This document shows positions 9,560-19,793 of a stretch of 57,395 nucleotides of DNA, one piece after another (position 1 is the first letter of the stretch; every line of letters starts with the position of its first letter). This stretch comes from Pseudomonadota bacterium (GTDB lineage Bacteria; Bdellovibrionota; FAC87; UBA2466). Below the pieces are notes generated by a model. That model saw nothing but the letters and a program-made list of their open reading frames with translations, searched no databases and was not told the origin of the DNA. Where the stretch lies: contig JAYSWN010000139.1 of NCBI GenBank assembly GCA_043718025.1, forward strand, positions 1-57,395, given 5' to 3'. A program made the translations under genes and the position numbers.

Positions 9560-10855
9560 ATGCGTCGTTCGGGGCAACAAAAGACGAAAATCATCAGTTT
9601 CTTAATCCTCGTTTTCACCTTGCCGGCGGCAGCCAAGATGAACGTGGCTAAACGTTACGAGCAACTTCAATACCCTGTTCTCCCGCTAGAAATCTCCGAT
9701 CGCCTCAAAGGAAAAAAAGCATCGACCATCGTGAAAAATGACGGGGCGATTGCTAAAGACTGGGCCTTGGCCTCGATTGGCTTTTTTGAATTACTTACGC
9801 CCTCGTTTTCTCTCACCCGCGCCGGCGCCGCCGAATGTGGATCTCCGGTCGTGGTGGCGGTGGTCGATACCGGAATTGATTACGTGCATCCCGATTTAAA
9901 AAGTTTGATCTGGACCAACTCCGGTGAATCCGGCCCTTGGGAAGCCCCTGCCGAGCTGAAAGCACAAGGCTTAGCTTGCAACGACAAATCTTGTAACGGC
10001 ATTGACGATGACAATAATGGTTTTATCGACGACGTGATGGGCTGGGATTTTGTTCACGACTTACCATTGCCGTACGATACGCACGGCCATGGCACTCACA
10101 TTGCCGGTATTGTAGCTTCTACTGCGGTGGCCGGTTTAGCGGATGGGGCAAATTGCCAACGCGTTCAGATCATGCCGCTGAAGTATTACGATAACTCTGG
10201 TGCCGGTTTTAATAACTTGGCTAACACCGTTCGTGCCATCCAGTACGCAGTAAAAAACGGTGCTGCCATCATCAACTATAGCGGCGGCGGATCAGATCCT
10301 GCGGCTTCCGAAAAAGCGGCGATAGAAGACGCTAATCGCAAAGGTATTTTATTTATCGCGGCCGCCGGTAACGACGGCCATAACAACGACAGCGCGCCCT
10401 ATTACCCTGCCAGCTACGGCCTTGAAAATATTATCGGCGTGGCTTCGCTCAATAAACAAAATCAGCTTTTACCCTCGAGTAACTTTGGCAAGACGGTCCA
10501 GGTAGGAGCTCCGGGCCTTTCGATTCTTTCCACTCTGCCCGAAGGAAAATTTGGAACCATGTCGGGTACCTCGCAGGCAACTGCTTTTGTCACCGGCACC
10601 GCGGCACTGTTGGCCAATCAGCTTAAGTCAAAATCGCCAGATGATTTCAAGAAAGTTAAGGGCTGGATTCTGGAAGGAACGAAACCCCTCAAAGGTAACG
10701 AGAAGAAGCAGATTCTTTCGGCCGGCGTGTTGTCGCTGCCCAAAACGATCGTGGCGCAAAGAGACTCTTTAAAGAAGGCTTCAAAAGTATCGCCGCCGTT
10801 GTCTGGACCTGAAGTGGCCACTCGGCCCGCCTTTCGCCCTGCGAAGCTTCGGTAA
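9560..10855 (+). CDS. Secreted subtilisin-like S8 serine protease
   Basis: VDTG, HGTHIAG, AAGN and SGTSQAT catalytic motifs. Start chosen from the GGGAG RBS and the promoter position. Confidence 0.92.
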   Translation: MRRSGQQKTKIISFLILVFTLPAAAKMNVAKRYEQLQYPVLPLEISDRLKGKKASTIVKNDGAIAKDWALASIGFFELLTPSFSLTRAGAAECGSPVVVAVVDTGIDYVHPDLKSLIWTNSGESGPWEAPAELKAQGLACNDKSCNGIDDDNNGFIDDVMGWDFVHDLPLPYDTHGHGTHIAGIVASTAVAGLADGANCQRVQIMPLKYYDNSGAGFNNLANTVRAIQYAVKNGAAIINYSGGGSDPAASEKAAIEDANRKGILFIAAAGNDGHNNDSAPYYPASYGLENIIGVASLNKQNQLLPSSNFGKTVQVGAPGLSILSTLPEGKFGTMSGTSQATAFVTGTAALLANQLKSKSPDDFKKVKGWILEGTKPLKGNEKKQILSAGVLSLPKTIVAQRDSLKKASKVSPPLSGPEVATRPAFRPAKLR

Positions 10856-11055
10856 CGCACCGCGTCCGCGCGAAGAGAAGCTCAATGATTCCATAGGCCC
10901 ATTTTGGTAGCCTATATTGGCACCAGGTTCCAATCTGGTTTGTAAATAAATCTATAAAATTTAATACTTAGCCACTTGATGCTTGGCATTAGGCCATGCT
11001 ACTCATGGCGAGACTCTTTAAACACAAGGTCGAATATTTATATTCGGGGTGAAAG

Positions 11056-12003
11056 ATGTTTTCGCGTTGTTTAGTGATTGGTTCGTTGCTGCTCTCATTG
11101 GTTTCTTCATTAAAGGCTGATGACGGTGTAGAGGAAAAGCTTTTCACGGCCTATTCGAGAGTAATTGAAGACAGTCCCGCCGAAAAAGACGCACTCACTC
11201 CTAAGCAAATGAGGCAGTTATTCTTGGCGGCGTACAAGCACCCCGTCGCGGATGTAGACGTAATTGGAAAATACGACCCCAAAGAGATTATCGGCTTCTG
11301 TTTTGGCCGCTCAACTACAGTTCACCTTATCGCTAGACAGATGGGGCTTAAAGATTCAGCGATCCGAAAACTTTTTATAATTGGCGATCTGCGTTCCAAT
11401 CCTAAAAAACCGGAATGGCGTTTTCATGTAACGACGCTCGTGAAGGGGCCTGAAAATCAGTGGTACGCGATTGACCCAATTATGACTCCGCCCTTGGCCC
11501 CGGGCGGCGAACTCAAGGTTGAAGAGTGGATCAAGATCGTGAAGAAGACATGGGACTACAAAAAGAAGGCGTACCTTTACGTGGCTCAGGCTTCGGCAAT
11601 CACTCCTGATATTCGGAAAGACGCCGATGGTAAAACTGGCGACCACGTCGTTGAACTTTCGTTCAATCCCGAAAAACAAAAAGGCTTTAAAAAGGTGCGC
11701 TTGGCAGAGTTTGCGGCCTACGTTCCTAGCCAGCAAGCGCAGTCATTGCACTTCTTAGAGGCGTCGGCCGGCGAAACTGAAAATCGTTTTTTGTTTCTCT
11801 CGGTAACTATCGAAGGGATGGGGTTCGTTTCTTTTAATGACTACTTCGTTGAACTCTTAAAAACATTCAATAGACCTATAGCCCTTGCGCAGAGCAACGG
11901 CCTTGAGTTTACGGCTCCTCCCGCAAGCAAGATTCAGTCGCTAAAAGGTGAAGTAGCGCAACCGCCTAATCTCCATAGCTTCCGTCTTGGTACGAAGGAG
12001 TGA
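11056..12003 (+). CDS. Secreted papain-fold Cys-His-Asp protein, protein-glutaminase/deamidase-like
   Basis: Signal peptide; GFCFGR, WRFHVT and AIDP spaced like protein glutaminase GCxAR/WxYHV/IDP. Confidence 0.6.
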   Translation: MFSRCLVIGSLLLSLVSSLKADDGVEEKLFTAYSRVIEDSPAEKDALTPKQMRQLFLAAYKHPVADVDVIGKYDPKEIIGFCFGRSTTVHLIARQMGLKDSAIRKLFIIGDLRSNPKKPEWRFHVTTLVKGPENQWYAIDPIMTPPLAPGGELKVEEWIKIVKKTWDYKKKAYLYVAQASAITPDIRKDADGKTGDHVVELSFNPEKQKGFKKVRLAEFAAYVPSQQAQSLHFLEASAGETENRFLFLSVTIEGMGFVSFNDYFVELLKTFNRPIALAQSNGLEFTAPPASKIQSLKGEVAQPPNLHSFRLGTKE

Positions 12004-12006
12004 TCC

Positions 12007-13344
12007 ATGTCGTTGTGGGCAGATAAAAGCAAACGGCAGTTTTACGACTCGTGGGAGTTCATGCCCGAAGATCGGCGCCAGGAGCTAAAGCGTCGTTTCT
12101 TAAAAGACTACATTCATTTTTCGCGCGAGCTGAAGTACTACGGTGACCGCACCCAGGGCTACGATGGCAATTCGAGCCATCCACTGAAAGCCGTACCGGT
12201 GCTTAACTCCTCAGATATCCGTGACCTGTTACCGCCGATCTCTAACGCTCTGGTAACCGGCGGACTGCGTGATTACACGGTGTTTCAAAGCGGGGGGACC
12301 ACCGGATCTCCAAAATCCACTCTGTTCAGTCACGGCGAGTTGGAGGGGCTAAACCTACCCAATGCCCGTGGTTTTTATGCCTGCGGACTGGTGCCCGAAG
12401 ATCGCGTGGGCAATCTATTTGCAGTGGGCAGCCTCTACATGACCTTCGTGCACATCAATCGAATGTTGCAGCAGTACGGCTGCCAAAATTTTCCATTTTC
12501 TAATCACACGGCGGTTGATTTCGTGCACACCGTGGTCAAGCAATTTGACGTGCGGGTACTTACCGGCATTGCCAGCGTGGTGCTAAACGCACTTCGTGGC
12601 ATGAAAAAAATCGGGCTCGAAGGAATTCAGATCGAAAAAATATTTTATGGCGGCGAGCACTTTTACGAAGCAGATAAAAAAGAGATCGAAGCTACCTTCG
12701 GTACCAAAGTCATATTAGCGCCGGGTTACGGAACAGTCGATACTTGGTACCTCGGTTACCAGTGCACCCAAACTCCAACCGGGGTTTTTCATGCGCACGA
12801 CGATCAAGTCTATTTAGAAGTCGTTGACGAAAACACCGGTGATCTCACCAAGCCGGGCGAAATCGGCATGCTCTATTGCACGGCCTTTCCGCGCCGCCTC
12901 ACCCCCATAGTACGTTACCGCGTTGGGGATCGGGTGAAGTGGACCGGCGAAAGTTGCGCGTGCGGTCGCACGACCCCGCTGTTTCAACTCTTGGGGCGAG
13001 GCGATGATGTTTTGCGCATTGGCTACGACTCTATCGACTACAACGCGATTCAAGATTTAGTGCTGTCGGTTTCGGGGTTGAGTGGCACCGTGCAGATGGA
13101 AAAGCAACGCGAAGCGGGCAAAGACCGGTTTATCGTTAGGGTGGAATCGGAACTCAGTGCGGCCGATAGGCCGGCGGCCGCCGCCGAGTTGGTGCGCGCA
13201 GTATTAGATTCCCGTCCGTCGATTAGAGATTTTTTAAGCAAGGGAAGCGTTTGGCCGGTTCAAGTAGAAGTCGTGGACCCTGGGACGCTACCAAGAAATG
13301 TTCGCACGGGTAAATTAATGCGGGTTATCGATTGTATGGGGTGA
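12007..13344 (+). CDS. Phenylacetate-CoA ligase (PaaK)-family adenylating enzyme
   Basis: SGGTTGSPK, GYGTVD, RYRVGD, GRGDD and RTGK motifs. Confidence 0.9.
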   Translation: MSLWADKSKRQFYDSWEFMPEDRRQELKRRFLKDYIHFSRELKYYGDRTQGYDGNSSHPLKAVPVLNSSDIRDLLPPISNALVTGGLRDYTVFQSGGTTGSPKSTLFSHGELEGLNLPNARGFYACGLVPEDRVGNLFAVGSLYMTFVHINRMLQQYGCQNFPFSNHTAVDFVHTVVKQFDVRVLTGIASVVLNALRGMKKIGLEGIQIEKIFYGGEHFYEADKKEIEATFGTKVILAPGYGTVDTWYLGYQCTQTPTGVFHAHDDQVYLEVVDENTGDLTKPGEIGMLYCTAFPRRLTPIVRYRVGDRVKWTGESCACGRTTPLFQLLGRGDDVLRIGYDSIDYNAIQDLVLSVSGLSGTVQMEKQREAGKDRFIVRVESELSAADRPAAAAELVRAVLDSRPSIRDFLSKGSVWPVQVEVVDPGTLPRNVRTGKLMRVIDCMG

Positions 13345-13348
13345 CTAC

Positions 13349-14821
13349 GTGGTTGATGGGGTTAGCGATAAGGCGGTTTTAGAGTTTCCGGCAAGTCTGC
13401 TTCACGTCGGGCCGGTATTGGGCTACTTAGATGCCTTTTCTACTCAGTTTGGAATTGAAAGCGATCGTCGGGTGCAGCTTAGAGCCGCCACCTCGCGCGC
13501 GCTTGACCTGGTGGTGAAAAACAACGAGCACCTCTTTCCAAAACCTTCGGTTAGCGTGGGTTTTAGCGAAAACAACGGTGAGCTTTTGATTGAGGTGCTC
13601 AATCACGGGGTGCCGATCAACGTGAATAGGAATGGGCAGAGCGCCATTTTTCACGGGCTCACCCAAGGACTTGACCGGGTACTTCTTGAAAATCAGGGTC
13701 GGCAAGGGCAGTCGATAATTTTGGGGATGAAGCTTGGAGAAGCCGCCGCCCGCAAATCATTAGAAGGCAACGTGCGGGTTGCTGAGCCTTTTGATCCTGA
13801 AACGGTTGAGATTAAGATTCGGCGGCTCACCAAGGGCGACGCCAGTGCTATCGCAGAACTTTTTTTCTACGTCTACGGATACGACTACATTCACGATTTT
13901 GTCTACTACCCTGAAAAGCTTGAAAATTTAATTGAATCTGACGAGCTGATTAGCGTCGCGGCAGTCTTGCCCAACGGTCGGCTGGTGGGCCACGTGGGGC
14001 TGCGCCGATGGAACACGTCACCATTGGTTTACGAACCCTGTCTGGGGGTAGTTGACCCGGTGTTAAAATCGAGAGGGGTTTTTAGCAAAGTATTTCAGCA
14101 GGCAATGCAGGTGGTTGAAACCATTCCGATGCATTACCTATTTTTTGATTTCGTCACCAACCACGAGTTTAGCCAAAGGTTTGTCTCTCGTTACCACCCG
14201 GTTGATTTAGCCATTTTTGTGGGCTGCCAAAGTAAGGACACCCAAGCCAAGTTAGAAAAGCTTGGTATGGGCGCGGACCCAAAGAAGACCGATCGTTACA
14301 GCCTATTGTATTCCGTTCTGCCGCGCGTGGAATTCCCCTTCGGCAAAGAGGCCGAGTTGCCCCTTTGCCTAGGTGAGCAGATCGGTTTCTTGCTCGACCC
14401 GCTAGGAATTTCTTGGTACCCGGCGTCGCGGTTTTCCGTTCTGCCTTCGGGTGGCGATTACACAAGTAGTTTGCAGCCGGCGCAAAACGCGATCGTGTTT
14501 GATCTCGTCATGCCCGGGAGAAATGCCGTCGACCGAATTTTGCAGGAGTGGCAGCAGTGTTTGCGCAATGGTTATGAGTACGCGGCGGTAGATGTGCTGG
14601 TGGGCTCCCCTGGGGTGGGCAACCTCTATGACTGCCTTCAGGAGGCGGGCTTCTTTGTTGCCGGGTTTCTTCCGCATAAGATGGGAAGTCAGTTGTCGCT
14701 GCGGTTTCAAGCGGTACGCCCCACTAAACTTGCATTCGACGAAATTCGCGTCGTGAGTCCCATTGCTAACCGACTCTTGGATCTGATTCAGATTCAGTAC
14801 GAAAGGAATGCTTCATTATGA
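13349..14821 (+). CDS. RsbW/HATPase-like domain fused to GNAT-type domain(s)
   Basis: N-terminus resembles the anti-sigma HATPase_c_2 fold (LEFPA..., QLRAA...LVVKN, NHGVP, LDRV..NQGRQG). C-terminal GNAT (YGYDY, GHVGL, VVDP..KSRGV). Confidence 0.7.
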   Translation: MVDGVSDKAVLEFPASLLHVGPVLGYLDAFSTQFGIESDRRVQLRAATSRALDLVVKNNEHLFPKPSVSVGFSENNGELLIEVLNHGVPINVNRNGQSAIFHGLTQGLDRVLLENQGRQGQSIILGMKLGEAAARKSLEGNVRVAEPFDPETVEIKIRRLTKGDASAIAELFFYVYGYDYIHDFVYYPEKLENLIESDELISVAAVLPNGRLVGHVGLRRWNTSPLVYEPCLGVVDPVLKSRGVFSKVFQQAMQVVETIPMHYLFFDFVTNHEFSQRFVSRYHPVDLAIFVGCQSKDTQAKLEKLGMGADPKKTDRYSLLYSVLPRVEFPFGKEAELPLCLGEQIGFLLDPLGISWYPASRFSVLPSGGDYTSSLQPAQNAIVFDLVMPGRNAVDRILQEWQQCLRNGYEYAAVDVLVGSPGVGNLYDCLQEAGFFVAGFLPHKMGSQLSLRFQAVRPTKLAFDEIRVVSPIANRLLDLIQIQYERNASL

Positions 14822-15945
14822 ACGATTTCCAACATTCTGAAGCCATTTGCCGAGTTCCCAACCCACTCGATTGGGATGAATCAAAGAAACAGCTGATGGT
14901 GAATGCTTGTCGGGAAATGGCCGAGTTTCACAATGCCAATTCTTCCGATATTCGTTTCCTTTACCGAAAGAATCAATTTGATCCCTCATCGCTACAGACC
15001 GAAGCTGATTTGGCTCGTCTCCCTTTTGTTGGGGTAACGGCGATGAAATATTTCTTACTCACCTCAGTGCCCCACGATCAGGCGGTGTTGAAATTGACTT
15101 CAAGTGGCACGCGCGGTCAAAAAACTCAGATCTGGTTCGACCAAGCCAGTCTTGATCGCGTGCAGTCACAAATGGATGTGCTGTGGGGGCAGGAAGGTCT
15201 GGTGTCAGATCTGCCAACCAACTACTGCAATTTTATTTATGACCCGAACGATGCGCAAGACCTTGGGATAGCCTTTTCGGTAAAAAATGAAGAGCGTTTT
15301 GCCCCCATGAAAGACTCGTTCTTTGTCGTCCGCAAGAATGCGGCTGGGGTGTGGGAGTTCGATAAGCAAAAGGCCATCGACCGGTTAAGGCGGTACGAGC
15401 AAGAGGGCAGTCCGACGCGACTGTTGGGAATTCCCAGTTTTCTTTTTGAGCTGATTGAAGAGCTACAAAAACGCGGAGAAACCATTTCGCTTCCGCCCCA
15501 TAGTTGGTTGCTTACCGGCGGTGGGTGGAAGGCGGCCGAAGACAAAAGCGTAACGCGTGCCCAGTTTCGGGCGCTGGTTACCGACCTGCTAGGAATTCCG
15601 GCGGCAAATATACGCGATGGCTTTGGCATGGCTGAGCACAGCGCCCCCTACATTGAATGTGACTTCCATCGTTTCCACGTACCGGTTTTCAACCGCGTTC
15701 TAGTGCGTCACCCGGACACTCTTGAGTGTTTGTCCGACGGGCAGGTAGGGCTGCTGGAATTCATTACTCCGTTTAATGCGATGATGCCCAACTTGGCGAT
15801 TCTCTCCACCGACTTGGGTTTTTTAGATCCGGAACAATGTGGGTGCGGAAGAAAATCTCCCACGTTCACTTTGGTTGGCCGCGGCGGTCTTACTAAACAC
15901 AAAGGCTGCGCTATTACCGCCGCTGATTTGGTGAAGAGGAATTAA
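14818..15945 (+). CDS. luxE: LuxE-type acyl-protein synthetase
   Basis: LTSSGTRG, TGGGWK, DGFGMAE, ILSTDLG and C-terminal KGCA with the acylated-Cys position. Confidence 0.9.
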   Translation: MNDFQHSEAICRVPNPLDWDESKKQLMVNACREMAEFHNANSSDIRFLYRKNQFDPSSLQTEADLARLPFVGVTAMKYFLLTSVPHDQAVLKLTSSGTRGQKTQIWFDQASLDRVQSQMDVLWGQEGLVSDLPTNYCNFIYDPNDAQDLGIAFSVKNEERFAPMKDSFFVVRKNAAGVWEFDKQKAIDRLRRYEQEGSPTRLLGIPSFLFELIEELQKRGETISLPPHSWLLTGGGWKAAEDKSVTRAQFRALVTDLLGIPAANIRDGFGMAEHSAPYIECDFHRFHVPVFNRVLVRHPDTLECLSDGQVGLLEFITPFNAMMPNLAILSTDLGFLDPEQCGCGRKSPTFTLVGRGGLTKHKGCAITAADLVKRN

Positions 15946-15946
15946 C

Positions 15947-18568
15947 ATGAGCCGTCATTACTATTTTGGAGAGTGGGTTGAACGCCGGTCAGAGTTAACT
16001 CCGGACGAAGTGGCTCAACTTGCGATTAAAGGGCGCCTCGCCGCCAAAACTTTTGCCGCCTATCCGGTAGAAAAGGTTTTGACGCTACTCGATGCGGTAG
16101 GAAAAGTTTGGGCCAATCCCAATTACCCACCCCGGCTGCGCCTTGAGGCCATACTGCCGCGCACTACTGGATTTTCGGCACCGATGATCCAGTTGGGGAT
16201 GCAAGAGATTCCGTTTGTTCTCAACGCCGAGAACTTGCGAAAGAAACTGCAAGCAGAACTGGGAGGCACCGAACGAGAAGGGCAGTGGAGCTGGTCGTCC
16301 GCATCAAAGACCGCACTCTGTTTAAGCCCACTGGGCGTCATCTTACATGTGATTTCGGGCAACGTATTCTTGGTTGGCATGGGCTCACTGATCGAAGGGC
16401 TGATCACCGGTAACGTTTCAATTTTGAAACGCGCTTCGGTTGAGACTGGCGCCGAGGCAGATTTTTTAAGTGCGCTTATCGACACCATTCGCGACTTAGA
16501 TGCTGAGGGCGTGGTTAGCCGATCATTCGCCATTGTAGATTACCCCTCATCGGCAAAAGCGGTTATCGCCGCTTGGAAAAAAGAGGTCGATGGTCTCGTG
16601 GTTTGGGGAGGCGAAAAAGCGGTTAAGGCTTACCGTGACGATCTTCCGGCGCGTACCCGTTTCATCGTGTTCGGTCCGAAGATTAGTCTCGGTTTGGTGA
16701 CGCGAGCGGGATTGAGCCATTTCGGCGCGGCGAACGTGGCCGAGCGTCTGGCCGTGGAATTGGCGATTTGGGACCAAAATGCGTGTACCGCGCCGCAGGT
16801 CTGTTTCGCTGAAGGCAAAGACACGGCGCTTGCACTTGCTGCCGCCTTGGCCGAAGCGTTGGTAAAAAAGGAGGCCGAGATTCCGGCCGGACCGGCCGAC
16901 ACCAACACGGCGGTTGAAATTCAAAAAATGCGCTCGGTCGCGGAGATCGAAGAAGCTCGCGGCATCGGAAAGGTTTACGAATCAAAAGGAGGGGTCGCGT
17001 GGACGGTTATCGTTGATGAAAAAATGGCCGTGGAATCCTCACCGCTGCACCGTACGATTAGAATTATCGCTGCCGCCAACTTAGAAGCGGTTTTTAATGA
17101 AGTAGAATCGGTTCGTGGCTATTTGCAAACCGTTGGGGTGGCCGCCGCTCCCGCTGAGCTAAAAATGGTGGCCACCGAGTTGGCGCGCCGCGGGGCGGTT
17201 CGTATTTTGGAACTTGGTTTAATGTCGGGCGGAGAGATCGAAGATCCGCACGATGGCGCTTACGATCTGCCTCATTACTTCAATTTCACCTTTGCGCGTT
17301 TTGCTTCGGCTCAACGCTGGCCCGAAAATGCACCGGACACCCATTTGCAGCGCTTAATCGAAGTGGCACGAAATTCACCCTTCTACGGTGAGCGATTAAG
17401 AGGAGTCGAAATTCTTACCGGCGCCGACTTAGCAAAGATTCCCATTCTAACCCGCGACCAAATGGAAGCTAATTTGCCACCGCGTAGTGAGGGGTTAGCG
17501 ACCGGGCATTGGCAGCCAGGCGGTTACGTTTCACGCAGCGGCGGATCGACCGGCGAGCCTAAGTTTTCGATCTACGATGGGCATGATTGGGAACAGATGA
17601 TTGCCCACGCCGTGGGTGTTTTCAAAGAGGCTGGGCTTGAACGAGGCGATCGGGTGGCCAATTGTATGCTCGCCGGAGACTTGTACGGAAGCTTTGTTTC
17701 GTTTGATCACATTAATAGCCGCCTGGGCGTTCAGACCTTTGGGTTCGCCGATAAGCTAGAACCTGATCTGTTCTTAAAGATCTGGCGAGGCTTTAAGATA
17801 AATACGATTCAAGCCATTCCGGCCCTTTTGGTGCCGCTGTTGCGGGCGGCAAAAGCCAAAGACCCCACGTTCACTTTAGAAAAGGTAATGTTTGCCGGCG
17901 CGCCGCTCCAGCCCTCCGATAAAAAATGGATGCGCGACGCGCTGGGGGTCAAACAGATTGCTTCTATCATCGGGGCTAACGACGGGGGGCAGATTGGCTA
18001 CCAGTGCCGCTATTTATCCGGCGCGCTACACCATTCGGTCGATGATTTTAACTACCTTGAGGTAGTGGATGAGCAAGGCCTACCTTGTCCGACCGGAGTC
18101 GCCGGACGCTTGCTGGTGACCAGTCTGCGTAAGCTTGCCTACCCGTTGATTCGCTACGAAGTGGGCGACATGGCCAAGTTTGTGGATCACCCTTGTGAAT
18201 GTGCCAATGGGGGAAGGGTATTCGAATATTTGGGGCGTGCCGATGACACTATCTGCGTTGGCATTTTAAATTTGGCCTACCGCGATTTTCAAAGTGCGCT
18301 CGCTGAAGAATCTATCTCGGCCCTCCAGATTGTGACGGTTAACTCAAGTGGTATTGACGAAATTATTGTGAAGGTAGAGGCAGAGAATCGCGACGCCGCT
18401 TTTAGCGAGCTGCTTCGTAGCCGCGTGCTGAGCCGCGTGGCGAAGGTCGAAAAGAATATTCAAGATGGGCAAATTCGCTCGCTGATGGTGGAGGTACATC
18501 CTCTGGGGTCACTCCCGCGCAATCCTCGCAGCGGAAAGATTAAAACATTGGTAGATTTGAGGAATTAA
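15947..18568 (+). CDS. LuxC-type acyl-CoA reductase fused to a C-terminal PaaK-like ligase domain
   Basis: LuxC motifs HVISGNV, WGGEKAV, FGPKIS, DQNACTAPQ and HDG, followed by SGGSTGEPK, RYEVGD, GRADD and RSGK. Confidence 0.88.
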   Translation: MSRHYYFGEWVERRSELTPDEVAQLAIKGRLAAKTFAAYPVEKVLTLLDAVGKVWANPNYPPRLRLEAILPRTTGFSAPMIQLGMQEIPFVLNAENLRKKLQAELGGTEREGQWSWSSASKTALCLSPLGVILHVISGNVFLVGMGSLIEGLITGNVSILKRASVETGAEADFLSALIDTIRDLDAEGVVSRSFAIVDYPSSAKAVIAAWKKEVDGLVVWGGEKAVKAYRDDLPARTRFIVFGPKISLGLVTRAGLSHFGAANVAERLAVELAIWDQNACTAPQVCFAEGKDTALALAAALAEALVKKEAEIPAGPADTNTAVEIQKMRSVAEIEEARGIGKVYESKGGVAWTVIVDEKMAVESSPLHRTIRIIAAANLEAVFNEVESVRGYLQTVGVAAAPAELKMVATELARRGAVRILELGLMSGGEIEDPHDGAYDLPHYFNFTFARFASAQRWPENAPDTHLQRLIEVARNSPFYGERLRGVEILTGADLAKIPILTRDQMEANLPPRSEGLATGHWQPGGYVSRSGGSTGEPKFSIYDGHDWEQMIAHAVGVFKEAGLERGDRVANCMLAGDLYGSFVSFDHINSRLGVQTFGFADKLEPDLFLKIWRGFKINTIQAIPALLVPLLRAAKAKDPTFTLEKVMFAGAPLQPSDKKWMRDALGVKQIASIIGANDGGQIGYQCRYLSGALHHSVDDFNYLEVVDEQGLPCPTGVAGRLLVTSLRKLAYPLIRYEVGDMAKFVDHPCECANGGRVFEYLGRADDTICVGILNLAYRDFQSALAEESISALQIVTVNSSGIDEIIVKVEAENRDAAFSELLRSRVLSRVAKVEKNIQDGQIRSLMVEVHPLGSLPRNPRSGKIKTLVDLRN

Positions 18569-18572
18569 ACTC

Positions 18573-19793
18573 ATGGTCCTAAAAGAAAAAAACTTTTTCC
18601 GTTTATGGATCGGCCAGATTTTGTCGCAGTCGGGCGCTCGCATGGTGCAGATTGCCGTTTTATGGTGGGGCATCAACCAGGCTGGACCTTTGGCCGGTCG
18701 TTGGGCGGGTGGCCTTTTGGTGCTCTCGGCATTGCCGTCGCTACTATTCGTTAAGATCTTTGGTTTGCTGATTGATCGTTGGCCCAGTCGAAATATTTTA
18801 CTCTTGGCCGATATAGCTTCTGCGCTCTTCGTCGGGTTTCTGGCCCTTGGTTTTTATAAGGGCATTGTATCGACGCCATTCATCTACGCGATGGGGTTTG
18901 GACTGGCCACCTGCCAGGCATTGCTCGACCCTACCTTGAATAAATCCGTGGCACAGGTTGCCAGTGCCGAAAGCCTCGACAAGGCGGTTACGTTAGCCTC
19001 ATCCACCCAGAGTTTAGCCAGTTTCGCCGGGGCCATGTTGGGCGCAGTGCTGATCGACAAAATTGGCGTGGTGCTGACTTTGTCGCTGGCGAGCCTTGGC
19101 TACCTTATCGCTGCCGCCGCAAGTGGCGTAACGTATTTTAGGCCGGTAGCGGGGGAGGGCCCTAACGAAGAGATTAGCGAAACGCCGTGGCAGGTTTTGA
19201 ATCATTATCCATTTTTGAAAAAGTTGTTGTTCGGCTTTGGCTTCGTAAATTTTTTTGGAACCCCCACCTTACTGGTGCTACCGCTCTACGTTAAGCGCGT
19301 GCTGGAAATGAAGGCGAGCGATCTCGGGATGCTCGAAGGGGCTTTGTGGTTGGGCCTTATCTGCGGAACTTGGTGTTCGAGATCCATTAAATACCAGGGA
19401 TCGATTCTCCACGTTGCTTTTATCTGTCTCGCATTTTTGGGATCGGCATTCGCTCTACCCGCGCTCGTGCCGGGCTTTGCGATTTCACTGGGGTGTCTCA
19501 CCGTGGCCGGATTGGCCCTGGGTATAAATAACGCCAAGTTTTTTGTCCTCTTTCAAAACCAGGTTGCGGACCGGGAAAAGGGGAGATTCTTTGCGATTCT
19601 TTCGGCGATTGTAGGATTTAGCTTTCCGGTAGCCTATCTGTTCTTTGGCTTAATGGTGGACCTTGTTCCGGTTACCTCAGTAATGGTGGCTCAGGGATTA
19701 GGGGTAATTGGCGTGGCATTTTACTTTCTATTGCTGCAGGATCAAGGCGGTCGCCGCAGAAAGAATTCGTCACTGGTTTTGGGGGAAGTATGA
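18573..19793 (+). CDS. MFS transporter (DHA3/macrolide-efflux-like exporter)
   Basis: NFFRLWIGQILS, GLLIDRW, about 12 hydrophobic segments, KGRFF. Confidence 0.9.
   Translation: MVLKEKNFFRLWIGQILSQSGARMVQIAVLWWGINQAGPLAGRWAGGLLVLSALPSLLFVKIFGLLIDRWPSRNILLLADIASALFVGFLALGFYKGIVSTPFIYAMGFGLATCQALLDPTLNKSVAQVASAESLDKAVTLASSTQSLASFAGAMLGAVLIDKIGVVLTLSLASLGYLIAAAASGVTYFRPVAGEGPNEEISETPWQVLNHYPFLKKLLFGFGFVNFFGTPTLLVLPLYVKRVLEMKASDLGMLEGALWLGLICGTWCSRSIKYQGSILHVAFICLAFLGSAFALPALVPGFAISLGCLTVAGLALGINNAKFFVLFQNQVADREKGRFFAILSAIVGFSFPVAYLFFGLMVDLVPVTSVMVAQGLGVIGVAFYFLLLQDQGGRRRKNSSLVLGEV

Noticed and set aside
10984..11000. Sigma-54 promoter for the Lux-like operon (TGGCATTAGGCCATGCT)
   Set aside because: GG-to-GC spacing is 11 nt rather than the required 10.
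14818..18568. Bioluminescence (lux) operon
   Set aside because: No luxA, luxB, luxD or luxG in the window; the context is ligases, GNATs and an exporter.
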